64,000 bases of DNA. It comes from Trypanosoma brucei (taxonomy: Eukaryota). Every line of letters starts with the position of its first letter. The first letter of the stretch is position 1. The stretch is taken from positions 2,016,001 through 2,080,000 of the forward strand of contig CP000071.1 in assembly GCA_000002445.1 (NCBI GenBank), written 5' to 3'. Made by a program: the position numbers and the translations under genes. Of this stretch, positions 31,001 to 41,459 are shown in pieces. The notes beneath the pieces were generated by a model that was given only the letters and a program-made list of their open reading frames with translations, was not told the DNA's origin and did not search any database.

Positions 31001-31645
31001 GGCGGGGTACTCGAAGCTGCAGGTATTGCAGAGATCAAGTTCCGTGAGGCTGACGTACGGGAGCTGATCCGACGAAACGAACCGCGGTTGAGGTCATTAA
31101 GCCCTGACCACCGCCATGCGGAAGAGAATCGGCTGCTACCGCGTTACAACGACGTGGCGCTTCGATTTGCGGACCTTCATGACACACATGTCCGCATGGA
31201 AGCGACTGGCGTCGTGCGTGGGGTCATTCCCTGGAAGGACAGTCGACGTCGCTTCTACGAAAAGCTCCAGAGGAAACTGAAGGAATTGTCACTTGCGGCG
31301 ACGCTGGTGGAGCGTCGGATGGCAGGTGACCTCGCGGACGGTGTACGGTACCTCGAGCAAGCCTTCGCACAAAAGCACCCAGGAGTTTTGTGGGGAAGTG
31401 ATGATGCCCTGCAGTTGCAGTGGCTGATAGAGTATGAAAGCGAGCTCAACGTTTCCACACACAACATTGTGTCACCCACTTCAGCATCCGCAGAAATACT
31501 GGAAGCGCTCCGGCGTCATGTGCCCTTACATGGAGAACAAAACGAAGCAGGTGAAGGGTTGGAAGGGTGTTTTGAGGAGCTTTTCAAAGACGAAAGGATG
31601 CGGCGTGCGGCCATGCAGGCGCTGGAACGTACAACCGCGAAGTAA
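25100..31645 (+). CDS. ACC: acetyl-CoA carboxylase (multidomain, 2,181 aa)
   Basis: N-terminal biotin carboxylase/ATP-grasp region ('GFPVMIKASEGGGGKGIR', 'EHPVSE'). Biotinyl-lysine motif 'EVEVMKMILPL' at nt about 27178-27198. Large C-terminal carboxyltransferase domain ('GGRQVMVPNGVTHW', 'ANWRGFSGG'). The size matches eukaryotic ACC. Confidence 0.95.
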   Translation: MSLSSPVTTMRPQLHGMKELCRFLGGKRPIERLLIANNGLAAVKGIDSVRSWLYVHTGNTEAVEFTVMATPEDLHANAEFISLSDRHVAVPGGPNRNNYANVDIIMQTAVQNSCNAIYPGWGHASENPALPRECVKTGERVIFLGPSAKAMFALGDKIASTIVAQSNGVPTVPWSGDEILLPPGVFEVDPLVYEKAYISTAEECEELCGRLGFPVMIKASEGGGGKGIRRCLRKEDVRDMFFAVAEEVKGCHIFVMRMLENVRHLEVQLLADDYGDCIAVHTRDCSVQRRHQKIIEEGPVFGVDASIINDMEAAAVRLAKAVKYRGLGTVEYMYDKSTQKFFFLELNPRIQVEHPVSELVSGVNLPAALLCVGMGVPLHRIPEVRTFFGEQPYDTSPIDFTRRRCLAAKGHTIAVRVTAEDTDEGFRPTSGRVEEIAFKNSKECWGYFSVGAGGEIHQFADSQFGHIFSSAETREEARRGMVMALRNLVIRGEIHTSVSYVLGLLERPEFCNCDVSTDWLDRLISARILQSAQHNQQDVYIALTAACTLRMLSKRDENHGRYVSFLSAGHVPTTEFLSNYESESYVNRSTNFNVTMGLTSPTEISISLNGSVISVPFRKLKSGALQLRVGGKTAIAYAEKEPSSLRISIGGKETTFTGDIDPTKLFAAVPGRFVRYLVCDGGHVEEGTIVAEVEVMKMILPLRASTVGALHHKVAPGSTIALGTLVAEITPDDPSKVARPREATEPWPPELLDAADKEDQMERLDSLARARRGAEALWNMLRGYHFSGIPLDRRLKSAFSDLGALSLSSVSLTALNLPFISERVVGSDHATPNYKLRVVLETLISEYVEVERSFVRCNRQEAIHQVRETTGDTRKVFEIDFAHNQPSHHGVIKAVLNTLENNMVLLKSLMPSLSTLVNLRSTGDGTLQMQARYLLRQCSLPSFVERKIAFTRELEEGSMMDLIQGSYGTDLLCATMFDRQVPHLIQLCLEFHVQREYFGQSRITNLDVCTRDGCWYCYYEYEPLEEHDPLLAGVLHCHAPDATAGSAENQGAGVVLMLPDVKVLQKTWAETLNLNLQQTSRCPSVCTVFVSVCRQFTEEEVARLCEGALRDNAEALRQHVKLERVTFIVHGVDRGPRTFTYRSAHDWREDTLIRNVAPLSARRLELQRLENYDVVMYPTPFKEIHVFHATPKKKSVSFLEHRIFARACVTPRDLGVAPWTVMNEIDAGHMFDICLDALDVIRSDSTIKYPKHNHLFIKMVELTFDLSSLRKVLSQVGKSYKWRTMHLGVAEVELSFLLPVSSGYVPFRVIVSSSSGASAAMRIYHEWNEGGKPCLRRAQNSEDILMNSLYTSSDSVQEQAADAQKVEPPSGCPAGAVGGTLTRALAKLEALRSLLPSRGDEGDAIDDGEECIPLQPYPLLNAKQLKRLQAWMIHTVYVHDWPELLQYALREEWKQHARGRRFPLSRIPPSVLKATELYLDPADKKTLLEEKPQGHVPCGVIVWLVDINPPSYYDSESNIAGSRRFVMVANDITFQSGSFAVPEDDVFSAASVLARQLRIPFVYISANSGARIGLSAEVKKRFRVAFNDAEEAEYLYLVQSDYDELVSRGVRLAVEKLEPRQVEGDEGGEVRYVIRGVVGGTEEYLGVENLRGSGLIAGHMSKNYSNVPTISIVTGRSVGIGAYLNRIGRRVIQTGDAPLILTGAAALNRLLGKEVYSDNSQLGGRQVMVPNGVTHWYAKNNRLAAETLLRWLDYVPPVVHPLRCSPRILALRQPDPIDRDVTYEPSGVESYDPRGLVRGVGDKLGLFDRDSWVESLEGWAKTVVTGRATLGGIPCGIVLVETRPTRKCKPADPADPTSSEAFVAQAGQVWFPDSARKTADALDDFHRERLPCFIFANWRGFSGGMRDMFEEVLKFGASIVDNLRVYNCPVFIYIPPRGELRGGAWVVVDPSINHCGAVEMYCDGSARGGVLEAAGIAEIKFREADVRELIRRNEPRLRSLSPDHRHAEENRLLPRYNDVALRFADLHDTHVRMEATGVVRGVIPWKDSRRRFYEKLQRKLKELSLAATLVERRMAGDLADGVRYLEQAFAQKHPGVLWGSDDALQLQWLIEYESELNVSTHNIVSPTSASAEILEALRRHVPLHGEQNEAGEGLEGCFEELFKDERMRRAAMQALERTTAK

Positions 31646-32671
31646 CATGGCGTGGGATGCGGCGCCACTGGAGGCAAGGAATGAGAATTACAAATAACTG
31701 ATTGAAGGGGCCGTATGCGGCACATAACGGGGCTTCCACAATATAAGTGAATGGGAATTCTTTTTTTTTGTTTGTTTGTTTGCGCCTTAATGATTGTTGC
31801 AGGGCGTATAATGGGAGTATAAGTGACAGCTAAGTGAACGTGTGTGATATTAGTGGAACTCTACCCATATTCTACCTCTCTATCGCCACCAAAAGAAGCA
31901 AAAAAGGAAATTGATTTTGTGGTTCCATTTTTGTTTCGCTCCATTCCGCTTTCCCCGTGCCAAACATAAGAATCGGGGAATGAATCATTTTCAAGACGAC
32001 TGAAGAAAAGAGAATTGTTTATCAAAATTAAAGTAAAAGAGATAAAGGGGAAAGGTAATAATATTTTGTTCTCTTGTTGTTTTTCATGCTCTTTTTTGTT
32101 CTCTTCTTGTTGTTTTTTTTTAAAGATGCTGTCTTTCCACAGTCTTGCCATCACACACATGTATGCGTACGTGTAGGTCCAAATTCATTTGTTCTCTTAT
32201 TTTTTGCATGTGCGGACGTTGCATGCAGGGGGGAACCCGTATGCGGGTCCGCAACATTTTGTTGTTATTATACTTTATCTCCGATCACCACCATGGATCA
32301 TCAGTGTGGCTGAGTGGGCTGCAATACTTCTCTTCTGTTTTCTCTCTACCTTTTCTTTCTTCGCTACATGTGACTTTCCCACAGTCTCCCAGGGGAAAAG
32401 AGGGAGAACAACAACAAAAAAAAATAAAACAAACAAACAAACAAACAAAGGCACAAGGAACGGATCCTCCTCTTTTTTGTTTTGGTTTTTGAGGAAAAGA
32501 TCTATTTTAAACATATAGCCGAGACGCTAAAGTGGGTGGTACAACCGCAAACATATAAGGGGGCAGAGAGGCATTATTTTTTTCTTTTCATTTTGCTTCG
32601 TTTCGTTAAAAGGTACAATAGGAAGAGGATTATTTGATCAGGAACCACACACACAAGAAGGTGAATAACAC

Positions 32672-33994
32672 ATGACCGCGCACAAACGTGCAACAAACGG
32701 GGATAATGGACTACCCGTGCCGCCTGTGGACGATGACTCTGAAATTGAAGATCCTCTTGAAGGCATCCTTGGCTCTCGCACCGGTTGCAGGTATGTCAAA
32801 AAAAAGCTGTTGGGTCAAGGAAGTTTTGGAAGCGTGTGGCGGGTGGAGGAAACGGCGACAGGGTCGATCTTTGCAGCAAAGGTGATGGATACAAACAATA
32901 TGAGCGCGAAGGACCGTGGTTTTGTTATAAATGAGGTTAAATGCCTTTCACGCTGCAACAACGCAAATATTATACGCCACCATGCCTCATTCAACCGCGG
33001 TGGGATGCTGCTCATCATCGCGGAGTATGCCGACGGTGGCGACCTCTGCAGGCAAATCAAGGTGCGGCAGCACGCAGGACGGCACTTCAAGGAGCATGAA
33101 GTGTTATACATATTTCTGCAACTATGTCTTGCATTGGATCACATCCACGGCAATAACATGATGCACCGCGACCTTAAGTCTGCCAACGTACTGCTTACCA
33201 CAATGGGCCTTGTGAAGTTGGGTGACTTTGGCTTCAGTCGTCAATACGAGGACTCGCTGTCAAATCCTGTTGGCACTACTTTCTGTGGGACGCCATATTA
33301 TTTGAGCCCCGAACTCTGGCGCCGCGCGCCGTACAGCAAAAAGAGTGAAATGTGGGCTCTTGGTGTGGTGTTGTATGAAGTGATGATGTTGAAGCGACCT
33401 TTTGGTGGACGTAATATGGATGAGCTCATCAACAATATTGTCCATGCCCGCCGCGCCCCGCTTCCAAATATGTACTCGGATGAACTGCGTCGAGTGTGTG
33501 ATCAGTTGCTTTCTCTCGATCCAGCTAAACGGCCGTCACTGCGACAGCTCTTCCAACAGCCTTTCATTCGCCGTGGCTTAGACTCACTGCGACGAAGTGT
33601 GGAGACGCACAAAAAAATTCCACCAAGAACCTTCAGCGAGATTGCACGAAACATTGATGAGGTGTTGAGACCTGGTCTCCCGGAGTATCGGGGGAGTAGT
33701 GTAACGCCTCATCGTGGGATGTTGCAACGTCACACCGCGGATCGTGGTTGGAAGGATTGCGAGCTTTCACTAAACGCTGGCGGTGTTTCAATGCGAGATG
33801 TAGAAACTGGTGGCGTTGAAACGGTGAATCTTGAAACCCTCACATCCGTCTGTCCCGTAGACGCGGCAACCGCTCAGGAGAAATATGTTTTCGCTCTTAA
33901 GAATCAAACAGGAAAGGCGTATTGGTTTAAGGACCTTGCAGAGGATTCATACGATTATTGGATTTCCGCCCTTCAGAAAGCCATATCGCATTGA
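32672..33994 (+). CDS. NIMA-related (NEK) Ser/Thr protein kinase with a C-terminal PH-like domain (440 aa)
   Basis: Kinase subdomains present: 'LGQGSFGSVWRV', 'AAKVMD', 'HRDLKSANVLL', 'DFGFSRQ', 'GTPYYLSPELW'. The C-terminal 100 aa ('VFALKNQTGKAYWFKDLAEDSYDYWISALQKAI') fit a PH-domain fold. Confidence 0.8.
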   Translation: MTAHKRATNGDNGLPVPPVDDDSEIEDPLEGILGSRTGCRYVKKKLLGQGSFGSVWRVEETATGSIFAAKVMDTNNMSAKDRGFVINEVKCLSRCNNANIIRHHASFNRGGMLLIIAEYADGGDLCRQIKVRQHAGRHFKEHEVLYIFLQLCLALDHIHGNNMMHRDLKSANVLLTTMGLVKLGDFGFSRQYEDSLSNPVGTTFCGTPYYLSPELWRRAPYSKKSEMWALGVVLYEVMMLKRPFGGRNMDELINNIVHARRAPLPNMYSDELRRVCDQLLSLDPAKRPSLRQLFQQPFIRRGLDSLRRSVETHKKIPPRTFSEIARNIDEVLRPGLPEYRGSSVTPHRGMLQRHTADRGWKDCELSLNAGGVSMRDVETGGVETVNLETLTSVCPVDAATAQEKYVFALKNQTGKAYWFKDLAEDSYDYWISALQKAISH

Positions 33995-33999
33995 GTGGT

Positions 34000-35962
34000 T
34001 CCCTCTTTTTTGTTTTTTTTTTTCTTGTCCTTCTTCTTCCTTTTTTTTCCCCCATCTTTTTTCCCTCTTTCATTTCTTCTTTCAGTTTTGTGGCATTTGG
34101 TGTGTAATGATTGGAACGTTGGAACACAAGACGAGTTGAAATGACAAGAAAATATGTCTTTAGTTTTAGCCCCATTTCCCCTCAGTAAAAAAAAAAAAGT
34201 CTATCAAAAGCAGCGTTACCGGTGGATGAGAGGTGCTTTCTTTTTCTTTTTTTTCTTTTTTTCTTTTCTTTCTTTTTTTTTCTTTTTTTTTTTTTACTGG
34301 AAACACAAGGGTAATAATTAGCAAAAAAAAAAAAGATGACAAATAATATTGGAAACATTTGTTTTAAATGTATACATGACCAGAATTTTCTTCTGTTTTT
34401 TTTTCTTTTTACCGCGTGCCCTTATGCATGGAAATGGGAAATTACCAATTACACTTACTGCACACATGTTAATCGGATAAAGGAAGGGTTGAGGAAAAGA
34501 AACAAATAAATAGCACTCGAGCGAAAGAGAAAAAGTAAAATAAAATAAAATAAAATAGAAAGAAAATAAATAAATAAAAGAGATGCAAGAATTAAAATGA
34601 AAACGATAATAACACTTACAGTTCCGATGAAACGGAGGGAATGTATAATAAATAGCGAAAACAAAAGATGAGGGGACAAAAAGTAATGTTACAGATTACA
34701 AATCAAACATTACTTGAAGGATGAGGAAAATTTGTTGTTGTTGTTTTTGTTGTTTCGCATTGCTGGAAGAAGAGGGGAAAAAAAGCAATGGGAAATTAGA
34801 AAGTAGGAATGAAATGAAATGAAATGAAATGAAATAAAAGCAAAAGGGAAACCGTATACGTGTTTAACCGGTGTATTTCAAGGGATTTAACAAGGAGCAA
34901 AATTACATCCATAAAAGAAAACGGACAAACAAATCATAAGGAATAGGGGAAAAGAAAAAAGGAAGAAGAAAAAAGAAAAAGGAAGCAGCATTTAACGGAT
35001 TAATGCTTACATTCATATTTATATATATTTATTTCTTTTTTTTTTTTGATGTTGGGTTGGGTGACTGTATTTCCTTAATTTTCTTCTTTTTTTTTTTGTT
35101 TGTTTGGACAAAACCCATCAGGTTATATGCTCAGTACTGCTACCGTCATTACACTGGTGGTTTCTTTTGTTTCTTGTCTCATTTTCACTCAACCCCCGAT
35201 GTTCCATATTTCACCTTTTGTTGTTTTTGCTGCTGTTTTGTTTTTTTTTTCCTTCTTTTTTTTAAAAAAATTTTATCTTACCTTATCTTATCTTATCTTT
35301 TTTTCTCTTTATTTGACTTGTCTTATTTATGCTTATTTGCTGCGACTGTTTCTTGTTTGTTTTGTTTTGCATTTTTTTTTTCACCTCTTTATTCTTCTTT
35401 AGCAGGCGTTGTTTATTATTTCATTTGGTCTCATTCCTAAGCGTATAACTTGTGCATGTGTGTAGAGGCGTGGCGGACAATCTTTTTCTCTTTTTTTTTT
35501 CTTATTATTCTGTGTTGTATTTTCACTGTTGTTTTATATCTTCTTGTTTATTAATGAATTTGACTAGATGGGGGAAATAAACCGAAACTTATGAATGAAT
35601 AAATGGAGTGAATTTCCCAACAACGACGAAAGCGATCATGTAAATATATTTGTGCACTTGTATGTAAAAAAATAAATAAATAAATAATAATAATAATAGT
35701 ATATATAAAAGGGAGGAGAAAAGGAAACAATTGTTGTATTTATATTGCTTCCTCAACATGAGAAGGAGGTGTTGACTGAAAAAAATTCCAAAAATAAAAA
35801 TAAAAAGATAAAATAAAATAGAAGAGGGAAGTGTGCAATGGTAAAGGGTGTAAAGGGAAAATAGCGATAGAAAGTCGTAGTGTTCGGTGCCACCGTAATT
35901 CTCCTTTTGCTTATTTGCTTTTTAATTTTTACTTTTTACTTTTTTGACTTGTTTTGTTTTGT

Positions 35963-36011
<49 letters not shown>

Positions 36012-37350
36012 TTTGGTCTAGCGTATACGTACATATGTTATATGTATCGCCATATGGAGAAGAAGAAAAAAAGGGGGGAAAAGGAACATTCCGTATAACT
36101 CAATTTCTGCTCGTACAGGCATTTGTGTTTTCTTTTTTTATTGTTTTTATTGTTTTGTTGTTTGTGTTTTGCGTGTGTCCGAATTCGGCTCATCGTACCT
36201 TTGGTTACTGTGGGCTTTTGTTGTGTATTCTTCGCGTTGCGGATTCCTTTTTTTTTTGTTTTGTTTTGTTTCTTGCTGCGGTTTCGTCTTTGGCTGACTT
36301 GTGACCTCCCCCCCCCCCCCACCCCCTCACCATTTGTTTCTTGGATGCTTTTAATCCTTCATTTTTTTCTTTCTTTTTTTTTTTCCTTTCATTCCCCATG
36401 ATGGATGTGATGTGATATCTTTCCATCACTTACACTCTCCCAACCAAATCGTCACCGCGCTCATGAAAGAACTGCTTCGTGTTCTCCTCAGAGTGTTGTT
36501 GTTTTTTATTTTTGTTGTTTTTTTTTGTTTTTGCTGTTGCTTAATCCTTAGTGTTTTATCTTTACATAAGTTTTTTTTGTGTGTGTGTATATGCGTGGAT
36601 TTCAAAGAAAATGGAAAACAAATACATGATTGAAGAGATGCTAAGACGATGTGTCTTCCGCCCTTTCATTTCACTTCATGTTTGTTTGCTGTGTTGTTGT
36701 TGTTGTTGTTGTTTTCTTCTTCGTCCTCGCCCGTCTGTTGTTTGTTTGTTTTTTTTTCTTTTGGTTGTTGTTGTTGTTATACGTCTCTCTTTCTTCCCAC
36801 CGGTACACTTGAAATGAATGGAATAGTTCCGGTGTGCTCAGGCATGAGTGAGAAAATAAACAAAAAGCGGATGAATGCCACGGATGTGCACTCTCATTCG
36901 CTTTTTAAAGGTGCGCATTCCCAATGTTGCGGGTTTGTGTGTGCTCTTCCGGTCCCCCGTAATTCTCCTTTATTTCAACATCTTTCTTTCTCTTCAACAC
37001 TTGTTTGTCTTTTGTGCGTGTGTGTTTGGTTTTGGTTTTGGTTTTGGTTTTTTTTTGTGCCTCAACGTGTTTCTGCGACGCGCTCCGGCACAATAGACGA
37101 GGAAGAAAGGAAGACACTCAAGCAGAAAAACAGCACGGTGGAACTACGAGAGGAGTTTCCAGCTCTTGTCCCGAAAATTTGCTACATTTCGTTGAAGTAA
37201 GGAGACACAAAAGAAAAAAAAGAAGGAAGTAGAGCAAAGCAAACGGCAGCGAGAACGTCCCACTGATTCTTCTTTGCTTCGCGACTGTACTGGAAAACTG
37301 TTGAAAAGAAGAACATAACATCACAGTGAACTGCATACGCTGTCCTTTCC
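34000..37350. repeat. 3.4 kb low-complexity, microsatellite-dense region with no credible ORF
   Basis: Elements seen:
- T and A homopolymer runs
- (TAAAA)4 at about 34536-34556
- (GAAAT)5 at 34811-34835
- TnAn junction at about 35258
- (TTATC)n at about 35276-35300
- (TTG)~16 at 35964-36010
- C13 at 36308-36320
- (GTT)~8 at 36693-36716
- (TTTGG)5 at about 37024-37050
All ORFs in this region translate to low-complexity F, L, V, C or K runs on either strand. Confidence 0.85.
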
Positions 37351-37362
37351 TCCCTTGCAAAG
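37341..37362 (+). promoter_or_regulatory. polypyrimidine tract plus AG, putative SL-addition site upstream of squalene synthase
   Basis: 'tgtcctttcctcccttgcaaag' lies 75 nt upstream of the ATG at 37438. Confidence 0.4.
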
Positions 37363-37437
37363 TTGTGGAAGTCGCGAGTAACATTTTTTCTTTCCGTCTT
37401 TATATACGCATTGAGTTTCACGACACCAACCGTCGCG

Positions 37438-38808
37438 ATGGATTACGTTAGCGAATTGTACGCCATGATCCGCGTACGGTGGCAGATGCGGAGGATGGCG
37501 GGGGAATTGCAGGCGGACGACGAGGACCTCCGTTTCTGTTATGATGTGCTGCGTGACGTGTCGCGCTCCTTCGCTCTCGTCATTATGCAACTGAAAGCTG
37601 CTCTTCGTGATGCTGTATGTGTTTTTTATCTCGTTCTGCGAGCCCTTGACACGGTGGAGGATGACATGCAACTGCCGCTTGAGTTCAAACTGCGGGAACT
37701 TCCGCTTTTTCATACGCGGCTGCACGATCACACGTGGCGGTTGGATGGAGTCGGTGAGGGTCGAGAACGGGAGTTGCTTCAGAAATTCCCTCATGTTTCA
37801 GCCGCCTTCTCCCGCCTGGACCCGTCATTTCAAAGTGTGATTGAAGACATATGCAGACGGATGGCTGATGGCATGTGCGACTTCCTCCAGCGCACCGACA
37901 CCTGCAAAGCAAATAACAAAGAAATCAGTGAGGATAATTGTCATGATGGCAAAAGTGAGAAGAGTGCTGTGGAGACTCGGGAGGACTTTGATTTGTACTG
38001 TCACTACGTTGCCGGTCTGGTGGGACTTGGACTCACGCAACTTTTCGTTCGAAGTGGTCTTGAGAAGGCGGCACTTGAGGAAAACATGACGCGCGCCAAC
38101 CACATGGGTCTATTGCTGCAGAAAACGAATATTATTCGCGACTTCTACGAGGACATTTGTGAGAGCCCGCCTCGCGTGTTTTGGCCGCGCGAAATATGGG
38201 GACAGTACACCGACGACCTCCATGCATTTAAGGGAATAACGCGACCGACCAATGGATCTAATGACACCGCTTGCGGTGAAGGTAGAAAGTATAGTGACGA
38301 AGAAAAGGAGATCATTAAGTCCAAGGCGGTGGATTGCCTTAACGCGATGGTGGCAGACGCCCTGGTGCATTTACCACCAGTTATCGAATACCTCGCAGAG
38401 CTGCGTGATCCCACTGTTTTTGCATTTTGCGCAATCCCGCAGGTGATGGCTGTGGCGACATTAGCACTGGTCTTTGACAACCCTGATGTGTTCCATAGCA
38501 GGGTGAAGCTCACGCGTGGCGCCACGTGTAAAATCATCCACAACGCCACCGAGTTGTCTGCTGCGCTGAAGCTCGTGAGGACATATGCTCAAAAGTTACT
38601 TGCAAGCGCGCATGCCGGCGTTGCCAGCCATGAGGCGGTAGCGCAGTCCCTGCAGGTTGCCATTAAGACAATGGATGAGCAGGTGTTGCGACACAATACC
38701 AAGCTGGTGGAAGGACCGACACGGCGAGTGCTGGCGCAGTATTCCGCATTGGGAGGCGGGCTTCTGCTCAAAGTTGTCGACGGTGTCTTCGGTTATTTGG
38801 GCAGGTGA
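37438..38808 (+). CDS. SQS: squalene synthase (farnesyl-diphosphate farnesyltransferase), 456 aa
   Basis: The ORF track starts at a TTG at 37363. The ATG at 37438 gives 'MDYVSELYAMIR...'. Squalene/phytoene synthase signatures present: 'FYLVLRALDTVEDD' (first Asp-rich motif), 'YCHYVAGLVGLGL', 'NIIRDFYED'. A C-terminal hydrophobic tail is present. Confidence 0.85.
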   Translation: MDYVSELYAMIRVRWQMRRMAGELQADDEDLRFCYDVLRDVSRSFALVIMQLKAALRDAVCVFYLVLRALDTVEDDMQLPLEFKLRELPLFHTRLHDHTWRLDGVGEGRERELLQKFPHVSAAFSRLDPSFQSVIEDICRRMADGMCDFLQRTDTCKANNKEISEDNCHDGKSEKSAVETREDFDLYCHYVAGLVGLGLTQLFVRSGLEKAALEENMTRANHMGLLLQKTNIIRDFYEDICESPPRVFWPREIWGQYTDDLHAFKGITRPTNGSNDTACGEGRKYSDEEKEIIKSKAVDCLNAMVADALVHLPPVIEYLAELRDPTVFAFCAIPQVMAVATLALVFDNPDVFHSRVKLTRGATCKIIHNATELSAALKLVRTYAQKLLASAHAGVASHEAVAQSLQVAIKTMDEQVLRHNTKLVEGPTRRVLAQYSALGGGLLLKVVDGVFGYLGR

Positions 38809-40482
38809 AAAAGTCCTCGTGTAAATACACTTACGTGACCAAATATATTTGTTTCACTATTTATTTGGTGTCGATTTTTCCAATGTTGTATATATATATA
38901 TTTATATATATATAGCATGTGTTCGTTCGGTCCCCACCCCATCTCCTTGCTTTTTTTATATTATATTCTATTTTTTTTATTTTTTTCTCTTTTAATCGTG
39001 TTTTGAAACCTCCCACTGCTGGAGAATTGTGCGTTTCTCGACCAATTCGGGGGAAGAAACGAAATAAAGAAGAATTATATAAATATATATATATATATAT
39101 AAAGTGAGATTTTGTGGGTATAACTTGGATATGGATTGTTCAAAAGAATCTGATAGACGGAAGACACTCGCAAAATGACCTCAGTGAAAGTGAACGTGCC
39201 TTACTGTATGTTAGTAAAGAGGGAAACGTAAAGTAGAATTTGAAGTCGAGGAAGAAAAAAGTGAAGAGGCAATGAGTGTGCTAAAAAGAGAGGAAAAGAG
39301 AAGGAGAGTTTAGTTGAGGTAATGATTTTTGTACGGTCGTTAACTTTTATATATTTTACCTTTTTTATTATTATTATTATTTTTTTTTTGTTTACTCTCC
39401 TGGCGCCTCTGTATGTGCTTACTTACCTATTACCCTTTTTGTGTTTACATTCTCCGATTTTCCTAGCGGAGAAAAAAGTGCTTCAACCAAAGGAAGAGAG
39501 AAAGCACGGCACCAAAGCAAAAAGGAAGAAATGAGAGGGAAAAAAATGTAGTAATTGTTTGAAGTTAAGAAAAAAGAAAGTTTCAAGGTGCGTTGCGGTG
39601 CCTCAACTTTACCGGGTGGTTGAAAGGGAATAGCGCCTTTTTCTTTTTTTTTTTTGTTTGTGGCTCTCTTTTTCCAGACCATTTGTTAGAAACGGAAACA
39701 GTAGGTACAGTCCTGCTATTTTTTTTTTCATTGTGTTGATGTGGTTTTCCTTATTTCATTCCACTAACTCCCAACACTCTCCATCCTGGTCCAAATGAGA
39801 AGAACAAGGTGTCGAAAGCATTTTTTTAAAAAAAAACTACTATCAAGCGAAACTATTGCAACTGTTTCTGTCCCACTTTATTAATCCAATCCCATTTTAT
39901 GTTTTAGTATACGGTTAGGATCAATATCATGTGGTGTCGTGATGGGGAATCTGTGCGTTCTCATACCCGTAAAACTGAGATGGTGACGGATAGAACAGAA
40001 AATTTGTATTAAGAACCGATACGCAAGCTTTTTTGTACTCTCCACTGCGGCTAAAAAGAGACGCCAGAACAGTCTCGTCGGAACTTGGGATACGAACTTT
40101 CCTTCTGATCGTGTATTATTACCCATGTTGTTCTTGTTCTTATCCTTCTCGCTGCCGTCGCGTAAGCGTTGCGTTTGAAGGGACGGAATTTTCTTGTCAT
40201 TTGGAATCATGCGATTTAATGGCGGAGGTTGTTGGTGACTTCATATGTATTCGCTATGAATGACTGCATGTGGTTTATGCATCTCCATGTCACTCACATA
40301 GTGCCTGAGTAGATGCTCCATCACCGCATTTCGCCGGCACGAAATGACGGCAATAGCGTAATGTGGTAATCGCCGTTGCACCTTTACCTCTGGAATGTAA
40401 CCCGTTCCCCTAACACATCCGTCTTTGTTGCTGTCCCTCATGTTTTTTTTCTCCACGATGTCCTTTAGATTAGGGCAGCTTT

Positions 40483-41112
40483 ATGAACGCACTAAGCGGG
40501 AAGTTCACATGCGCTGTCCTACTAACTAGTGACCCTTCTGCGGTGGGATCATCGACCAAGGTTTCGGTAGGGGTTCAAAATATTGCAGTAGTCCTTCAGC
40601 ACCAGGAAAATGATATTCCACTGATAGAATCCGTTGCTTCACATATTCAGCGTTTCTGCGCTATATACAATATATCATGCGTCGACTGCGGCCGTGACAT
40701 CGCAAGTTTGTTGAAGGAGTCTGCACATGTTGTAGTCGTTCGCTGCGAGGATCGTGCAGCGACTGGGGAAGTTTCCACTCAGCTGCTGCAGCAGACAAGT
40801 GAACCAATTGTTATTGTGTTGGAGATTGACTGCAGCTCCCCCTCGAAATGGGATATCAGAGATAGTGAATCAAACAGTGGATGGAAATGGCTGCAACCCA
40901 CACCAAGTTGTTTGGCTGAGTTGCAGAAGCATGGCGGTTGCAGCAGTGGGGTATGGCTCCAGGCGGCAATGAGATGCTCAAAACCGGTCGTGCGGGTGCA
41001 GCTGCCACCGTCATCACAAACGTCAGTACCGTGGGCTTCAGCCGTGACGTTGGATGGGCTCATGCGGGAAGTGGGGTATAAAGTGGGATGTTTACCGAAA
41101 TACGGCTCGTAG
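40483..41112 (+). CDS. hypothetical protein (209 aa)
   Basis: ATG-initiated ORF preceded by a poly-Y tract (40421-40456) and AG. The sequence is of normal complexity. No domain recognised. Confidence 0.35.
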   Translation: MNALSGKFTCAVLLTSDPSAVGSSTKVSVGVQNIAVVLQHQENDIPLIESVASHIQRFCAIYNISCVDCGRDIASLLKESAHVVVVRCEDRAATGEVSTQLLQQTSEPIVIVLEIDCSSPSKWDIRDSESNSGWKWLQPTPSCLAELQKHGGCSSGVWLQAAMRCSKPVVRVQLPPSSQTSVPWASAVTLDGLMREVGYKVGCLPKYGS

Positions 41113-41459
41113 TTGTTGATCACAGCAAAGAATGCCGTACAATTGAAAAAATCTCGGACTAAGCGGACTTTCCTGGTGTACCGCCACCAAAGGGGCGCGT
41201 GTATCCGCTATCTTCACTTTTTGCACTCCTTGCTTTCCTCACACAGAGGTCGCGTTTAAAGGCTGGGACGTCCATCCGTAGTGACTATCAGGGCGTCCCT
41301 TTCTCTAATTCCACGGATGAAAATGCGTTTTGCGGGTTGGCGCACTTTGGTGTGATGTGCTGGACGCAAATATGCCCTGCGCGTCCGTCTCCTGAGCAGC
41401 CCTTGCTGGAGCAGCAACAAGATCTGTCGAACGATCCCCTTCTCTTACGTTCTCTAGGG

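Noticed and set aside
34000-37350. Numerous 60-180 aa ORFs on both strands inside the microsatellite block, for example 35003..35440, 35954..36304 and 36649..37200
   Set aside because: Their translations are poly-F, poly-L, poly-V, poly-C or poly-K low-complexity strings generated by the simple repeats ((GTT)n gives poly-Val, for example). They have no start context and no protein-like composition.
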